Shown here: positions 1 through 11,199 of the stretch, piece after piece
Layout of the letters: each line of letters starts with the position of its first letter
How positions within the stretch are numbered: the stretch's first letter is position 1
NCBI RefSeq assembly: GCF_001194135.2
Contig: NC_069006.1
Coordinates: forward strand, 12,378,505 to 12,424,938
DNA from: Octopus bimaculoides
Taxonomy: Eukaryota
Reading direction: 5' to 3'
Length of the DNA: 46,434 nucleotides
The notes under the pieces: generated by a model
The model's input: the letters and a program-made list of their open reading frames with translations, nothing else
Databases searched by the model: none
What the model was told of the DNA's origin: nothing
Position numbers and translations under genes: made by a program

Positions 1-8
1 ATAAACAT

Positions 9-1000
9 ATCATCATCATCATCATCATCGTTTAACGTCCGTTTTCCATGCTAGCATGGGTTGGACAGTTTGACTGGGGTCTGAGAAGCCAGGAGGCTGC
101 ACCAGGCTCCAGTCTGATCTGGCAGTGTTTCTACAGCTGTATGCCCTTCCTACCGCCCAACCACTCCGAGAGTGTAGTGGGTGCTTTTTACGTGCCACTG
201 GCACAGGGGCCAGAAGGGGCTGGCAACAGCCACAATCGGTTGATGCGTTTTACATGCCACGGGCATGGAAGCCAGTCAAGGTGGCGCTGGCATCGGCAAC
301 GTTCGGATGGTGCTTTTTACGTGCCACGGGCACGGGTATCACAACTACAATTTCCATTTGATTTTCATTTTGATTTTGATGCACTTGACTCAATAGGTCT
401 CCTCAAGCACAGCATGTCGCCCTATGATCCAAGGTGCTTTTGAATGGGCTGGGGCTGATTATGCGATGCTGGTGTCGGTTACAGCTGTGAACTCACTTTA
501 TTTGCCGGGTCTTCGCAGTCACAACATATCTCCAGAGGTCTCGGTCTTTCGTCGTTGCCTCTGTGAGGCCCAATGTTTGAAGGTCATGTTTCACCACCTC
601 ATCCCATGTCTTCCTGGGTCTACCTCTACCCTATTTGGGAGTGGCACTTCTTCACACAGCTTTCCTCATCCATCCATAGTACATGACCATACCAGCGCAA
701 ACATCTCTCTTGCACGCCACATCTGACATTTATGTCCAACATTTCTCTCAGGGCCCATACACTCTGTCGTGTGTGCACACTGACATTACACATCCAGTGG
801 AGCAAACTAGCTTCATTTCTTTCAAGACTCTGCATGTCATCAGCAGTCACAACCCATGTTTCACTGCTGTGAAGCATGGCAGTTTGCACACATGCATCGT
901 ATAATCTACCTTTCACTCTGAGTGAGAGGCCCTTTGTCACCAGTATGGGTAAAAGCTTTCTAAACTTTGCCCAGGCTATTCTTATTCTAGTGGTAATAGT
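9..1000 (-). mobile_element. 5'-truncated RTE-clade LINE (ORF C-terminus, 3'UTR, (GAT)n tail)
   Basis: Minus ORF 626-1024 reads RIRIAWAKFRKLLPIL..RVKGRLYDACVQTAMLHSSETW..LERNE..LRWYGHV, the post-RT region of RTE ORFs. The 3'UTR block (ggttggacagtttgactgggg..tttctacagctg.atgcccttcct) recurs across the window. (CAT)n at 9-29 is the tail. Confidence 0.9.
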
Positions 1001-1559
1001 ATGTGTACACACACACACACACACACATATATATCATCTGTAACCATAAATCCGAAAAAAGAAGCACGCTCTAAGTTATAGACCAGTATATATTAAAGTT
1101 AAATAAGGTCAGTTATATTAAAGGTAACCCCATAAACCGACCTTGTCTAAATTTAAAATATATATATATATANNNNNNNNNNNNNNNNNTATATATATGT
1201 ATACATACACACACACCCTAAAGATCGATATTTAAATATATGTAAGGAAGTGAATACATGCTAAATGCCTCAGTGTGGGTTAAATAAGAATGTAAACACA
1301 TTTTTTGTTCTTTCTATACTATTTAAAGAGCAAAAATAACAACGGAGGGTGGAAGTCATGGTTTGTTGATTTCTCCTCAGAGAAGACACAACTGGCTTTC
1401 TTTTCCCAACAAATCTCTTACTTGAGATCTTACAAGGTTGCTTGCCCCAGTAACTCTAGCTTGACTAAACCTTTTGACACCAGATGGGTAGACCCAACTG
1501 ATATTAGTTGGTTTACCCCAACTCCCACTGAACCCAGTTGGTAGGGGATACTGTCTGAC

Positions 1560-1740
1560 ACCAGGTTAGACCTGAGAAAGCAGACCAATCGTCAAAGTTA
1601 TTCCAGTGGTGACCCTCTTACCATTTTATGTACCAGGAATTAACCACTTTCCCTAATATGCCTATCCTTTTTGGAACAATGTCAGAGTGATTTGAAAGAG
1701 ATTTGACTGCTATTTTCAACCAGACAAGGACCACATCAAC
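1560..1740 (-). mobile_element. Repeat family C fragment ((CAA)n-tailed SINE-like)
   Basis: gcagacc..tcaaag..ttcca and gagatttgactgctatttt match the reverse complement of copies at 2585-2870, 18185-18485 and 18545-18720. Confidence 0.6.
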
Positions 1741-1825
1741 ACTCATTTGCTTAAGACAATGGTGCTAAATCAAGTAGTGTGTTAGGTGTACAAGACAATC
1801 CCCAAAACATCTCCAAATGTATCTT

Positions 1826-2325
1826 TAAACCCCTTTGTTATCATTTTGCTGTTGAAATTTTGCCTTTGTTTCAATTAATTTTGAAATTAAGGAAGAATTT
1901 ATTAAAATAATTGTCATTATTGAGCTGATATTTGGAACATAAATCAACATGGAATTTTGATGGAAGATTTTTAGATTCACTTTAACCCTTTTGTTACACA
2001 ATATATCTGTTGAAATATACTGCCTTTGTTTCTAGTAATTTTGAAAATAATGAAAAATTTATAGCAAAATAATTTTGTCATTATCAAGTCGGTGTCTGAG
2101 ACATAAATTAACATTTTGTTGGCATTTCAAGGAAAGTGTAATGACGGTTGCTTCTGATAGGAAGGAAGTGCTTGAGAACTCTACACCCACAACCCTCCCA
2201 GGGACTGTGAGTGGAGAAGATGAATGGATATTTTGAAAGAAGGTTTTAATTAAAATTATTTTTTAAACAGGAACATTGTGACAGAAATGACCAGAGATGC
2301 TCTCAGATGGGTTGGTGTCAGAAAG
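1826..2325. mobile_element. piggyBac-like MITE with tandemly duplicated left half
   Basis: Two related units of about 156 bp start with ttaa-(a)ccc-ttt at 1826 and 1982. A degenerate right end (tggtgtcagaaag) lies near 2312-2324. Confidence 0.55.
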
Positions 2326-2584
2326 CCTGAACTATTTTTATTCAATTAAATAACAATAAAAACTCCATTTAACATTAAGACCTGCTTACATCTCTGCAGT
2401 AATATAAAACACACAAAAATATCACAATAACAGGTTTTGTTTTTACTACCAGAAATTCATTCATAAAACTGGTTTACTACTAAAGATCACAGCAGCAGTT
2501 ATAGTCATTATTATCACTAATTCATTCATAAAACTTTCTTAGTACTACTGAGGATAATTCAAGCGTATTTGTGAGGGAAACAGT

Positions 2585-2870
2585 TTCTCAAGATACTAGA
2601 AACAGCAGTCAAATCAAACCCTACTGTCTTACACAAAGGAGGTGGACACATTGAATGTATCCTAAAAAGACATAATAGATACCTTTGATGACAGATCAGC
2701 TGAATACTAGAAGCAGCAACCAAATCACACCCTACTGTCTTACACAAAAAGAGAAGATTGTTACGTGATATAGTTTCAAGCCATTCTTAAGAAGACAAAA
2801 TGGCCACACCTGGGACGCCTTTGATAATAAAGAGATCAACTGAATGAGTGCAAACCAGGGGCTAAACGAC
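2585..2870 (+). mobile_element. Repeat family C, tandem partial copies
   Basis: tactagaa.cagca..caaatca.accctactgtcttacacaaa occurs twice (about 2593 and 2705). The 3' motif caggggctaaacgac follows. Confidence 0.7.
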
Positions 2871-3277
2871 ATCCATGGAATTGTTTGTTACAGTAACCAA
2901 TTTTCAATTTCCCATATCAACATTACCCCAGGATGAACCATATAGAGAAAGAGAGATCTCTTCACTGGTTTGAAACTGGTAACTTTGCTAATCCAAGTTG
3001 TTACTGAAGTCAGCTTCAACCCAGCAAACTTCAAATCAAAAGACGTTCCAGCCATGACTAGCTGACTGTTAAGAGGTGTCTCATATTACATCGTTTCATG
3101 TGCACTTGCCATTCCTTAGAGTCTGAGGAAGATTTGGCCACCATTTCCAAAAGATCAACTGACAGTATACAGCCATCGTTACTAACCTAAGTAACTTGAA
3201 ACGATTTTTTCAAAGATCTTATCACACAATGAAGATCAAGAAATAAAACATTGACCTTAATTTTTCCACCTCTTCAC

Positions 3278-3676
3278 ACATGGCTGTGTGGTAAGAAGTC
3301 TTCTTCCTAACCATGTGGTTCCAGGTTCAGCCCCACTGCAAGGGAACTTTGGCAAGTGTCTTCTACAATAGCTTCAGGTCAACCAAAGCCTTATGAATGG
3401 TAGACAGAAACTGAAAGAAGCTCATCATACATACATATATGTGTGTGTGTGTGTGTGTGTGTGTCTGCGTTTGTTTGTCCCCCACCACTGCTTGACAAAT
3501 GGTGTTGGTGTGTTTGTGTTCTCGTAACTTAGCAGTTTGGCAAAAGATATTGATAGAATCAATACCAGGCTTTAAAAAAAAAGTAATAAGTGTTGGGGGT
3601 TGATTCATTTGACTAAGATTCTTCAGGGTGGCACTCCACCATGGCAGCAGGCTAATAACTAAAACAAGTAAAAGAT
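3278..3676 (+). mobile_element. tRNA-derived SINE family A
   Basis: A-box-like tggctgtgtggtaag and B-box-like ggttcagcccc, an internal (TA/TG)n tract and the 3' end aaacaagtaaaagat. Many further copies in the window. Confidence 0.9.
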
Positions 3677-3688
3677 TTTATATATATA

Positions 3689-3859
3689 GGCTTGGGAGTG
3701 GCTGTGTGGCAAGTAGCTTGCTTACCAACCACATGGTTCCAGGTTCAGTCTCACTGTGTGGCACCTTGGGCAAATATCTTCTACTATAGCCTCGGGCCGA
3801 CCAAAGCCTTGTGAGTGGATTTGGTAGACGGAAACTGAAAGAAGCCCATCGTATATATG

Positions 3860-3890
<31 letters not shown>

Positions 3891-4110
3891 GTATGTGTGT
3901 TTGCGTGTCTGTGTTTGTCCCACCACCATTGCTTGACAACCGATTCTGGTGTGTTTACATCCCCATAATTTAGCAGTTCGGCAAAAGAGACCAATAGAGT
4001 AAGTACTAGGCTTACAAAGAATAAGTCCTGGGGTCGATTTGCGCTCGACTAAAGGCGGTGCTCCAGCATGGCCACAGTCAAAATGACTGAAACAAGTAAA
4101 AGAGTAAAAG

Positions 4111-4111
<1 letters not shown>
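3689..4111 (+). mobile_element. tRNA-derived SINE family A (tandem second copy)
   Basis: Same layout, from ggagtggctgtgtggcaag through ggttcagtctc to tgactgaaacaagtaaaagagtaaaag. Confidence 0.92.

Positions 4112-4188
<77 letters not shown>
4112..4188. repeat. (TA)n microsatellite
   Basis: Pure TA run directly after the SINE tail. Confidence 0.97.
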
Positions 4189-4192
<4 letters not shown>

Positions 4193-4225
4193 CAGACAGA
4201 CAGATAGATGTAGCTATAGATATGG

Positions 4226-4610
4226 CTAACCACATGGTTTCAGGTTCAGTACCACTGTATGCTACCTGGAGCAAGTGTCTTCTACTATAGCCCAGGTAGA
4301 GAGAAAGGGAAAGAAGGGCACAGGTGAAGAGATGAAAAGAAAGGGAATGGGAGAGGTAGAGGGGAGAGTAAGGGATGAAAGAGCAGGTGAAATGGAGAGT
4401 GAGAGTAAGAGATAGAGGAAGAGGCAGAAGGAAAGCGAGAGGTGGAGAGTAAAAAAGAATGGGAGAGAAAGAGTAAGAGAGATGGAAAAGGGGAAAGTAA
4501 GAGACAAGGAGAGGTAGAAGGAGGAGAGAGGGATATGAAGATTGATATTTTAATGGAAAGAGAAGGGTGAGTGGGAGTGTTGAGTGGAAGTTATGAGGGA
4601 GAGAGTGCAT
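4226..4610 (+). repeat. SINE-A 5' fragment followed by purine-rich (GA) low-complexity tract
   Basis: aaccacatggtttcaggttcagtacc..gcaagtgtcttctactatagccc at 4226-4295, then about 300 bp that is almost all A/G. Confidence 0.75.
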
Positions 4611-4921
4611 GTATGTTACACATGTGAAATAAGCTAGTGGCAGGGACATGTGTGACACATGAAAAAGGTAGAGGTGGGTGGAGTAAATAGAATGAAAGCA
4701 GGGAGACGTGATAGGTTAACAACTTGGTAATTGAGGTAATGAAGGAGGAGGTTACTACTTCAATAAGCAATTTAGGCAGCACGTGTGTATTTAATCTATA
4801 CACACAAGCATACACTTATGTGCACAGCTATATATATACACATGAAAACACACATATACTCATGTGCATTACTCTACACAACACGCACACATACACACCA
4901 CTATACATACACATATATCCA

Positions 4922-5080
4922 CAATGGGCTTCTATCAGTTTCAGCCTACCTATTTTATCTAGGGGGTATTGCTTGACTCACAGCTACAGTAGAAGACACT
5001 TGCCCCCAAGGTGCCACACAATGAGAATGGACCCAAAAACCACGTGGTTACAAAGTAAACTCCATATCCATACAGCCATG
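4922..5080 (-). mobile_element. SINE family A, 5' half, inverted
   Basis: Reverse complement of the SINE head (gtagaagacacttgcccccaaggtgccacac..aaccacgtgg..cagccatg). Confidence 0.8.
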
Positions 5081-5184
5081 TTTTTGCATGTGTGTGTATG
5101 TATGTATTTATTTATGTATGTACATATGTTGAGAAAGAAATGTAGAGTCAACTCTGGCAAAATTTGGACTCCCATCGTTAGGCA

Positions 5185-5870
5185 GCAAAGTGGCAAATTA
5201 GAGCATTGGATAAAATAGTCTGCAGTATTTGTTCTGACACTGAGTGTTCTGAGTTCAAATCCTACTTTATTTTATCAACCCCAAAAGGTCAAAAGACAAA
5301 GGTGACCTTAATGAAATTCAAACTCAAATTCTAAAGAGTCAGAAAGAAAAACACAAGGCATTTCTGTCCGACATGAATGTTTCTGCTAATCCAGCACCTT
5401 AATAAAAATAATAATAATCCTTTCTACTTTAAGCACAAGGCCTGAAATTTTGAGGGGTTAGGCTAGTCGATTACATCAACCTCAGTGCTCAACTGGAACT
5501 TATTTCATCCGTCCCAAAATGATGAAAGGTAAAGTCAACCTTAGCGGGATTTGAACTTAGAATGTAGAGAGGAGGAACAAATATGCAAAGCATTTTTATA
5601 ATACAACAATTCTGCCAAGACACCACAAATAACAACAACAATAATAATAATGGCTTCAAATTTTGGCAGAAGGCCAGCAATTTTGGGGAAGGGGGATAGT
5701 CGATTATATTGACCCCAGTATTCAACTGGTACCTATTTTAACGACCCCCAAAAAGATGAAAGGCAAAATCAACCTTGGCAGAATTTGAACTCAGAACATA
5801 GAGATTGATGAAATGCTGCTAAGCATTTCACCTGGCATGCTAATGGTTCTGCCAGCTCACCACCTTGATC
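5185..5870. mobile_element. Cluster of SINE family B copies (one + fragment, three - copies) with (TTA)n tails
   Basis: The core gatgaaaggcaaagtcaaccttggc.gaatttgaactcagaa recurs at about 5290, 5520 and 5755. A plus-strand head with gttctgagttcaaatcc lies at 5245. (AAT/AAC)n spacers separate copies. Confidence 0.8.
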
Positions 5871-5908
5871 ATAATAATAATAATAATTATAATCATAATA
5901 ATAATAAT

Positions 5909-6710
5909 GAGGCATTGATATGCAGCGCCCAGGAACAAGCTCTGAGAACTAATTACACCAAGTTCTAAATAAATAAGAGAAGCAAATTGCCCCTTTGCAG
6001 GCTGTGTGGCAGCAGAAATGAAACAATCTCACATACTGTGAATGAGTGTAGCAAGCCGGCCCAAAAGTACTACAAAAGGAGGCACAATAACGTGGTGAAG
6101 TTCGTCCACTGGAGGCTATATGAAAAGTACGGCCTGAACAGAGCATGGAAATGGTACAGACATGAACCAGAAGGAATCACCAAGAACAAGGAACATAAGA
6201 TACTGTGGGATTTTACAATCCAACATGACTCTCTAATCGAAGCTCAGAGATCAGATATTGTTGTGGTAGATAAAGGAAAAAAGGAAACCAAGATCATAGA
6301 TATTGCAATACCTGGAGATGCATGCATAAGTGACAAAGAACTAGAAAAGACCGAAAAGTACAGACTACTAAAAGACGAAATTGCAAGAATGGGGACTTTG
6401 AGGAGAGTGTCTGTCATTCCAGTGGTTATAGGGGCACTCGGAGCATTAACAAGCAAGTTCGAGAAATATGTCAAAGAAATTGGAATTGACATGAGAGCAG
6501 AGGAAGCCCCCAAAAAACTGCTCTGCTGGGAACAGCTAGGATTTTGCGATTGGTTCTTGGATGTTGAATGTCTCCCATGATAATTGACAACCTAGTATCA
6601 AAGCTTATAATGTGCAGAAAGAGACCCTGTGAGACCTCTGACAGCAAGATGCTGTCAGCTCTCACAGAATCTACCGGAACAAACAAGACCAAACGTGCTG
6701 AGAAGTAAAA
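5909..6710 (+). mobile_element. 5'-truncated R4/Dong-like non-LTR retrotransposon (CCHC knuckle + restriction-like endonuclease)
   Basis: From 5909 the frame reads EALICSAQEQALRTNY..PLCRLCG..ETISH..EC (CCHC), YKRRHNNV, KILWDF, RSDIVVVDK..KIIDIAIPGD..K.EKY, IPVVIGALG. One stop precedes 5987. (AAT)n/(AAC)n flanks both sides. Confidence 0.9.
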
Positions 6711-6741
6711 CAATAATAATAACAATAATAACAACAACAAC

Positions 6742-6935
6742 ATTTCTGAATTATGCACAAGGCCAGTAATTTGTAGGGAGGGAGCTAGCTGAAACCATCA
6801 ACCTCAGAACTTGACGGGTACGTTATTTTACTGACCCTAAGAAAACAAAAAGTAAAGTTGACTTGGATGAGATTTGAACTCTGAACATTAAGGTACTGTT
6901 GTCTAACGCTCTAATGATTCAGTCAATCAACTGCC
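6742..6935 (-). mobile_element. SINE family B
   Basis: cacaaggccagtaatttg..aaagttgacttggatgagatttgaactctgaac; diverged copy of family B. Confidence 0.7.
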
Positions 6936-6959
6936 CTGGCTCATTAAATAACAATAGCA

Positions 6960-7200
6960 ATTATGTTGTTGCTGTCAGTGGTGCTTGTGATGATGGTGAT
7001 GGAGGTGTTGGGGAGGGGGTGCCTTTGTTATTGGTGGTAGTGGTGGTGGTGATGATGATTATAGTGATGGTTTTGATGATGGCATTGGATGTGATGATGG
7101 TTGTTGTTCTTGGTTGCGGTGTTGTGGTAGTGGAAATAACAATAATAATAATAATAATGGGGATTATCATTAACACAATGTCATGATGATGGTGATTATA
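6960..7200. repeat. GGT/GAT/GTT low-complexity tract
   Basis: Mixed trinucleotide repeats; these explain the poly-V and poly-T ORFs. Confidence 0.85.
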
Positions 7201-7893
7201 AAAATTTGATACTGCTAATTAATAAGAAATACCTGTTTTGTTTGTTTTTTTTTTTATCACAATTTACAGCCAAAAATGGAGAAACTCTTCAGCTCTATGT
7301 CTACCAGTTGGTGGGATTGAACTTGCATCACTCTAATGAGCATATGTTTATAAATCAGACGCGACGTGCTGGAATATCCAATAAGACATTAAGAAATTAG
7401 TCACTGCGCAGGAAACTGTCAATGGCTGACTGTCTTTGACAAGGTGGAAACCACACACCACACACACACAGGCATATATATATATATATATATATATATA
7501 NNNNNNNNNNNNNNNNNNNNNNNNNNNNNNNNNNNNNNNNNNNNNNNNNNNNNNNNNNNNNNNNNNNNNNNNNNNNNNNNNNNNNNNNNNNNNNNNNNNN
7601 NNNNNNNNNNNNNNNNNNNNNNNNNNNNNNNNNNNNNNNNNNNNNNNNNNNNNNNNNNNNNNNNNNNNNNNNNNNNNATATATATATATATATATATATA
7701 TATAACATATATACATATATATTTGTAAACATAAATACATGGATGTGTGTGTGTGTATACATACACACACACACATACATAACTATATATATACACAAAC
7801 ATATATATGTGTGTGTGTGTGTGTGTGTGTATACACACATGCACACACCAATGTTTGTTCAATACATGTCCTAGATGTCTTGTAGAATCATGG

Positions 7894-7932
<39 letters not shown>

Positions 7933-8180
7933 AAGATTATGGTTTCCATGGTGTTAGAAGCCATGCTAACAATATGTAACCATATTATAGCAATGATGAC
8001 AGACACAAAACACATACATCATCATGATAATCAGCTTCTGTGTATGCACATACGGATGCACATATACATATATTTATGTGTATGTGTGTATGTTTACATA
8101 TGCCTACAAATTACATGTGTGTATGTTTGTGTATGTGAGAGGGAGAGAGAGAACATGGATGCTAAATGATGGTGTTGATG

Positions 8181-8210
<30 letters not shown>

Positions 8211-8243
<33 letters not shown>

Positions 8244-8510
8244 TTAATGTCCGTGTTCCATGCTAGCATGGATGGTATGGTACCACAAGAGCCAGCCAGG
8301 CCGAAGTCTGCACCGGACTTCTGTGACTGTTTTGGCAAGATTCTTACAGCAAGGTGCTTTTATGTGGCACAAGCATGGGCGAGATCAGTTTCGGCAAGGG
8401 TTTTACAGCTGAATGCCCTTCCGGACACCAACCACTTTACAGTGTGGACTGGATGCTTTTAAGTGGCACCTGCACTGACAGGGTCACCAAGTACCTTGCA
8501 AGACAAAAAC
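8211..8510 (-). mobile_element. RTE LINE 3' end with (GAT)n tail
   Basis: (CAT)n, then tttaatgtccgtgttccatgctagcatgg..ttttacagctgaatgcccttcc..caaccactttacagtgtg. Confidence 0.8.
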
Positions 8511-8544
8511 TTTTAAGAGGGGAGGAGGTGATGATGAAAAGGTT

Positions 8545-8704
8545 GCAGGAGTGTCTGTGTGGTAAGTAGCTTGCTTACCAACCACATGGTTCTGGGTTCA
8601 GTCCCACTGCGTGGCACCTTGGGCAAGTATCTTCTACTATAGCCTCAGGCCGACCAAAGCCTTGTGAGTGGATTTGATAGAGGAAAACTGGAAGAAGCCC
8701 GTCT

Positions 8705-8735
<31 letters not shown>

Positions 8736-8897
8736 ATGTTTGTGTGTCTGTGTTTGTCCCCCCAGCATCGCTTGACAACCGATGCTGGTGTGTTTACGTC
8801 CCTGTAGCTTAGCAGTTCGGCAAAAAGAGACCAAGAGAATGTAAACTAGGTTTACAAAGAATAAGTCCTGGGGTCGATTTGCTTGACTAAAGGTGCT
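8545..8897 (+). mobile_element. SINE family A, 3' end lost
   Basis: Head gcaggagtgtctgtgtggtaag; body continues to gactaaaggtgct, then switches to mariner-end sequence. Confidence 0.9.
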
Positions 8898-8953
8898 GCC
8901 ATCTGTTGGTGTTCTGCAGAACTAGTCCGGGAACTTTTTGCTACCACCTCATA
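8892..8953 (-). mobile_element. Solo mariner-type terminus
   Basis: Minus strand reads TA-TGAGGTGGTAGCAAAAAGTTCCCGGACT, similar to the TA-TGAGG termini at 13061 and 11153. Confidence 0.6.
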
Positions 8954-9221
8954 TACATATACACTTACACACACACACATGCAGACATGTATATGTATAC
9001 ACATATACACATACATACAAGCATGCATATGTATATATACACACACATGCATGTATGCATATATATACATGCGCATACATATATACATGCATGCACATAT
9101 GTATATACACAGATACATTCACACACATGCACATACAAACATTGCTTAGAAACCACTTTACAGTGTACCCCAGGTCATTTTTTTTTTTTTTAGTGGCATC
9201 CACTCCAATGAGGCTGCTTCT

Positions 9222-9450
9222 CATCATCATTTAACATCCATGTTATATGCTGGTATGGGTTGGACAGTTTGACAAGATTTAATGTGTCCAAGGACTGCAT
9301 TGTTCTCCAGTGTCTGCTTTGGCATGGTTTCTGCACCTGGATGTTCTTATAAGGCATGCCACTTGACAAAGATTACTGCTGTTTTTTTCCCAAGGCACCA
9401 ACACTAGCAAAGTCATCATGCAGCTTTCAAGACTATGAACCCTGAGAGAG
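9222..9450 (-). mobile_element. RTE-type 3' end, diverged
   Basis: catcatcatttaacatcc..gggttggacagtttgaca..tttggcatggtttct.cacctggatg. Confidence 0.7.
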
Positions 9451-9486
9451 GCTGCTTGTAATTTATACAATTATATTCACAATAAT

Positions 9487-9715
9487 TTAACCCTTTAGCA
9501 TTCAAATTTCTCCATCAGCTATAAATGTTTATTTATTAACATTGTTTTGAATTAATCAGACATTATCTTGTAGCTTTCAGATTTCAATGATGTAATTGTT
9601 TATTTCTAGAATAATATTGTAAGCTAAGTGTGAGAGACCTGATCTGGCCAGAATGAACATAAAACAAGTAGAATGTTTTGGCTGGATATGACCAGATTAA
9701 ATGCTAAAGGATTAA
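9487..9715. mobile_element. piggyBac-like MITE (221 bp) with TTAA target duplication
   Basis: TTAA at 9487-9490, CCCTTTAGCATT at 9491-9502, AATGCTAAAGGA at 9700-9711, TTAA at 9712-9715. The 12-bp TIR has one mismatch; no ORF. Confidence 0.85.
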
Positions 9716-9909
9716 ATAAGAATATTTTACTTAATGTATATCAGACAAAATATTTAACAACATAAAAGAGATACAGGTATATTCGATGCACCCCAATTTT
9801 AGGAGTGTTTATTCAAGAAAGAAAAGTTTTTAGTAGATTAAAACTATGGCAAACAGTCTTAGTACCAAACACTTTTACTGCTATGCATGTCAGGGTTTGG
9901 TATATACAT

Positions 9910-10240
9910 ACAGTGATTCAATAGTCATTCAATCTGCTGAAAAGAGCAGCCAAAACACTTGCAAATCCTAAAATATATTGTGTCAAAACAATATATTTCT
10001 GACATAGGAATGATGAGATTGTCACAAATGTAACAGCTTTCTGTCAGTTTTTCAACTTTGACCTGTGATCACATGACAATACCACAGACTATTTACTTTG
10101 AGTTATTGAAGGAAGTACTTTGAATGGACACACTAACTGCGAGAAACACCAGCTTAATTTCATACAAATCTCCTCCTACCATCTTAAACTAGGAAGGGAT
10201 GCATTCGAAAATGTAACCAAAATCATTTAGACCACAAACT
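9910..10240 (+). mobile_element. Repeat family C fragments
   Basis: caatctgctgaaaagagcagccaaa and caaatctcctcctaccatcttaaa..ggaaggga resemble the other family C copies. Confidence 0.5.
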
Positions 10241-10383
10241 GATGATGTTAGATGTGTGTGTGTGTGAGTATGTCTTTTGGACTTTCAGATTATGGAGAGC
10301 ACCTGTGGAAAAAGAGGATGAAGAAAATATCTGGAATAACAGAAGCTCAATCCTTGAAATGTAGTCTCAGTTATATGATGTTT

Positions 10384-10470
<87 letters not shown>

Positions 10471-10682
10471 GATATATATATATATATTATATATATATTA
10501 GCAGTGTTTATTCAAGAAAGAAAAGATTTTAGTACATTAAAACTATGTGTATATAGTTTTGTGTATATATATATATATACACAAACACACACACAGACAT
10601 ATACACATAAGTATATACACATGTGTATACACATATCTGTGTGTCTGTGTATGTGTGCATGTGTGTGAAGTGAGTTTGGGTA

Positions 10683-11153
10683 TATTTGTGTCTCCTTGGC
10701 AGTTCTGAAGCATTTGTGAGACAGTTGAACGAAAATGCCCCAACAAGTGACGAAGTGAAGAATGGTGGTTTCATCATGATAATGCACCTGCACACACCAC
10801 CTTCAGTGTGAGACAGTTTTTGACCAAAAATGGCATGACCCTGCTTACCCACCCTCCCTATTCACCTGATCTTGCACCCTGTGACATTTTTTTGTTCCCC
10901 TGAATGAAAAAAGTCCTTAAAGGAAAGCGTTTTGCAGATGTGGAAGAGGTGAAGAAAAAGATGATGGTAGAGTTAAAAGACATCACTTTGCAAGAGTTCC
11001 AGGACTGCTTCAAACAATGGATATGCATACATGTCTGGACCAACGCATGGCTTCAAATGGAAAATACTTTGTAGGTGATAAAAGTATTAACGTGTAAAAC
11101 TAAGCAAATAAAATAATATTGCAAAATTCCAGTTTCTTTTGGGTACCCCCTCA
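10683..11153 (+). mobile_element. Mariner transposase C-terminal remnant with 3' TIR
   Basis: WWFHHDNAPAH..THPPYSPDLAPCD with D34D spacing, then KGKRFADVEEVK. Ends ttttgggtaccccctca-TA at 11153-11155. Contains stops and frameshifts. Confidence 0.93.
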
Positions 11154-11199
11154 TACACACACAGACACACACAAGCATTCATAAACAAGTGTGTATGTG

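Noticed and set aside
1305-1544. 79-aa ORF with Trp/Pro-rich end
   Set aside because: Non-ATG start, no motif, no splice support, and it runs into a family C repeat.
3278-3360. tRNA-like A and B boxes (also at 3695, 8550, 11215, 12620, 40880)
   Set aside because: They are SINE heads; there is no complete cloverleaf and each continues into the SINE body.
3678-4658. 326-aa minus ORF
   Set aside because: It runs through two SINEs, a (TA)n run and a purine tract; the length comes from stop-free low complexity.
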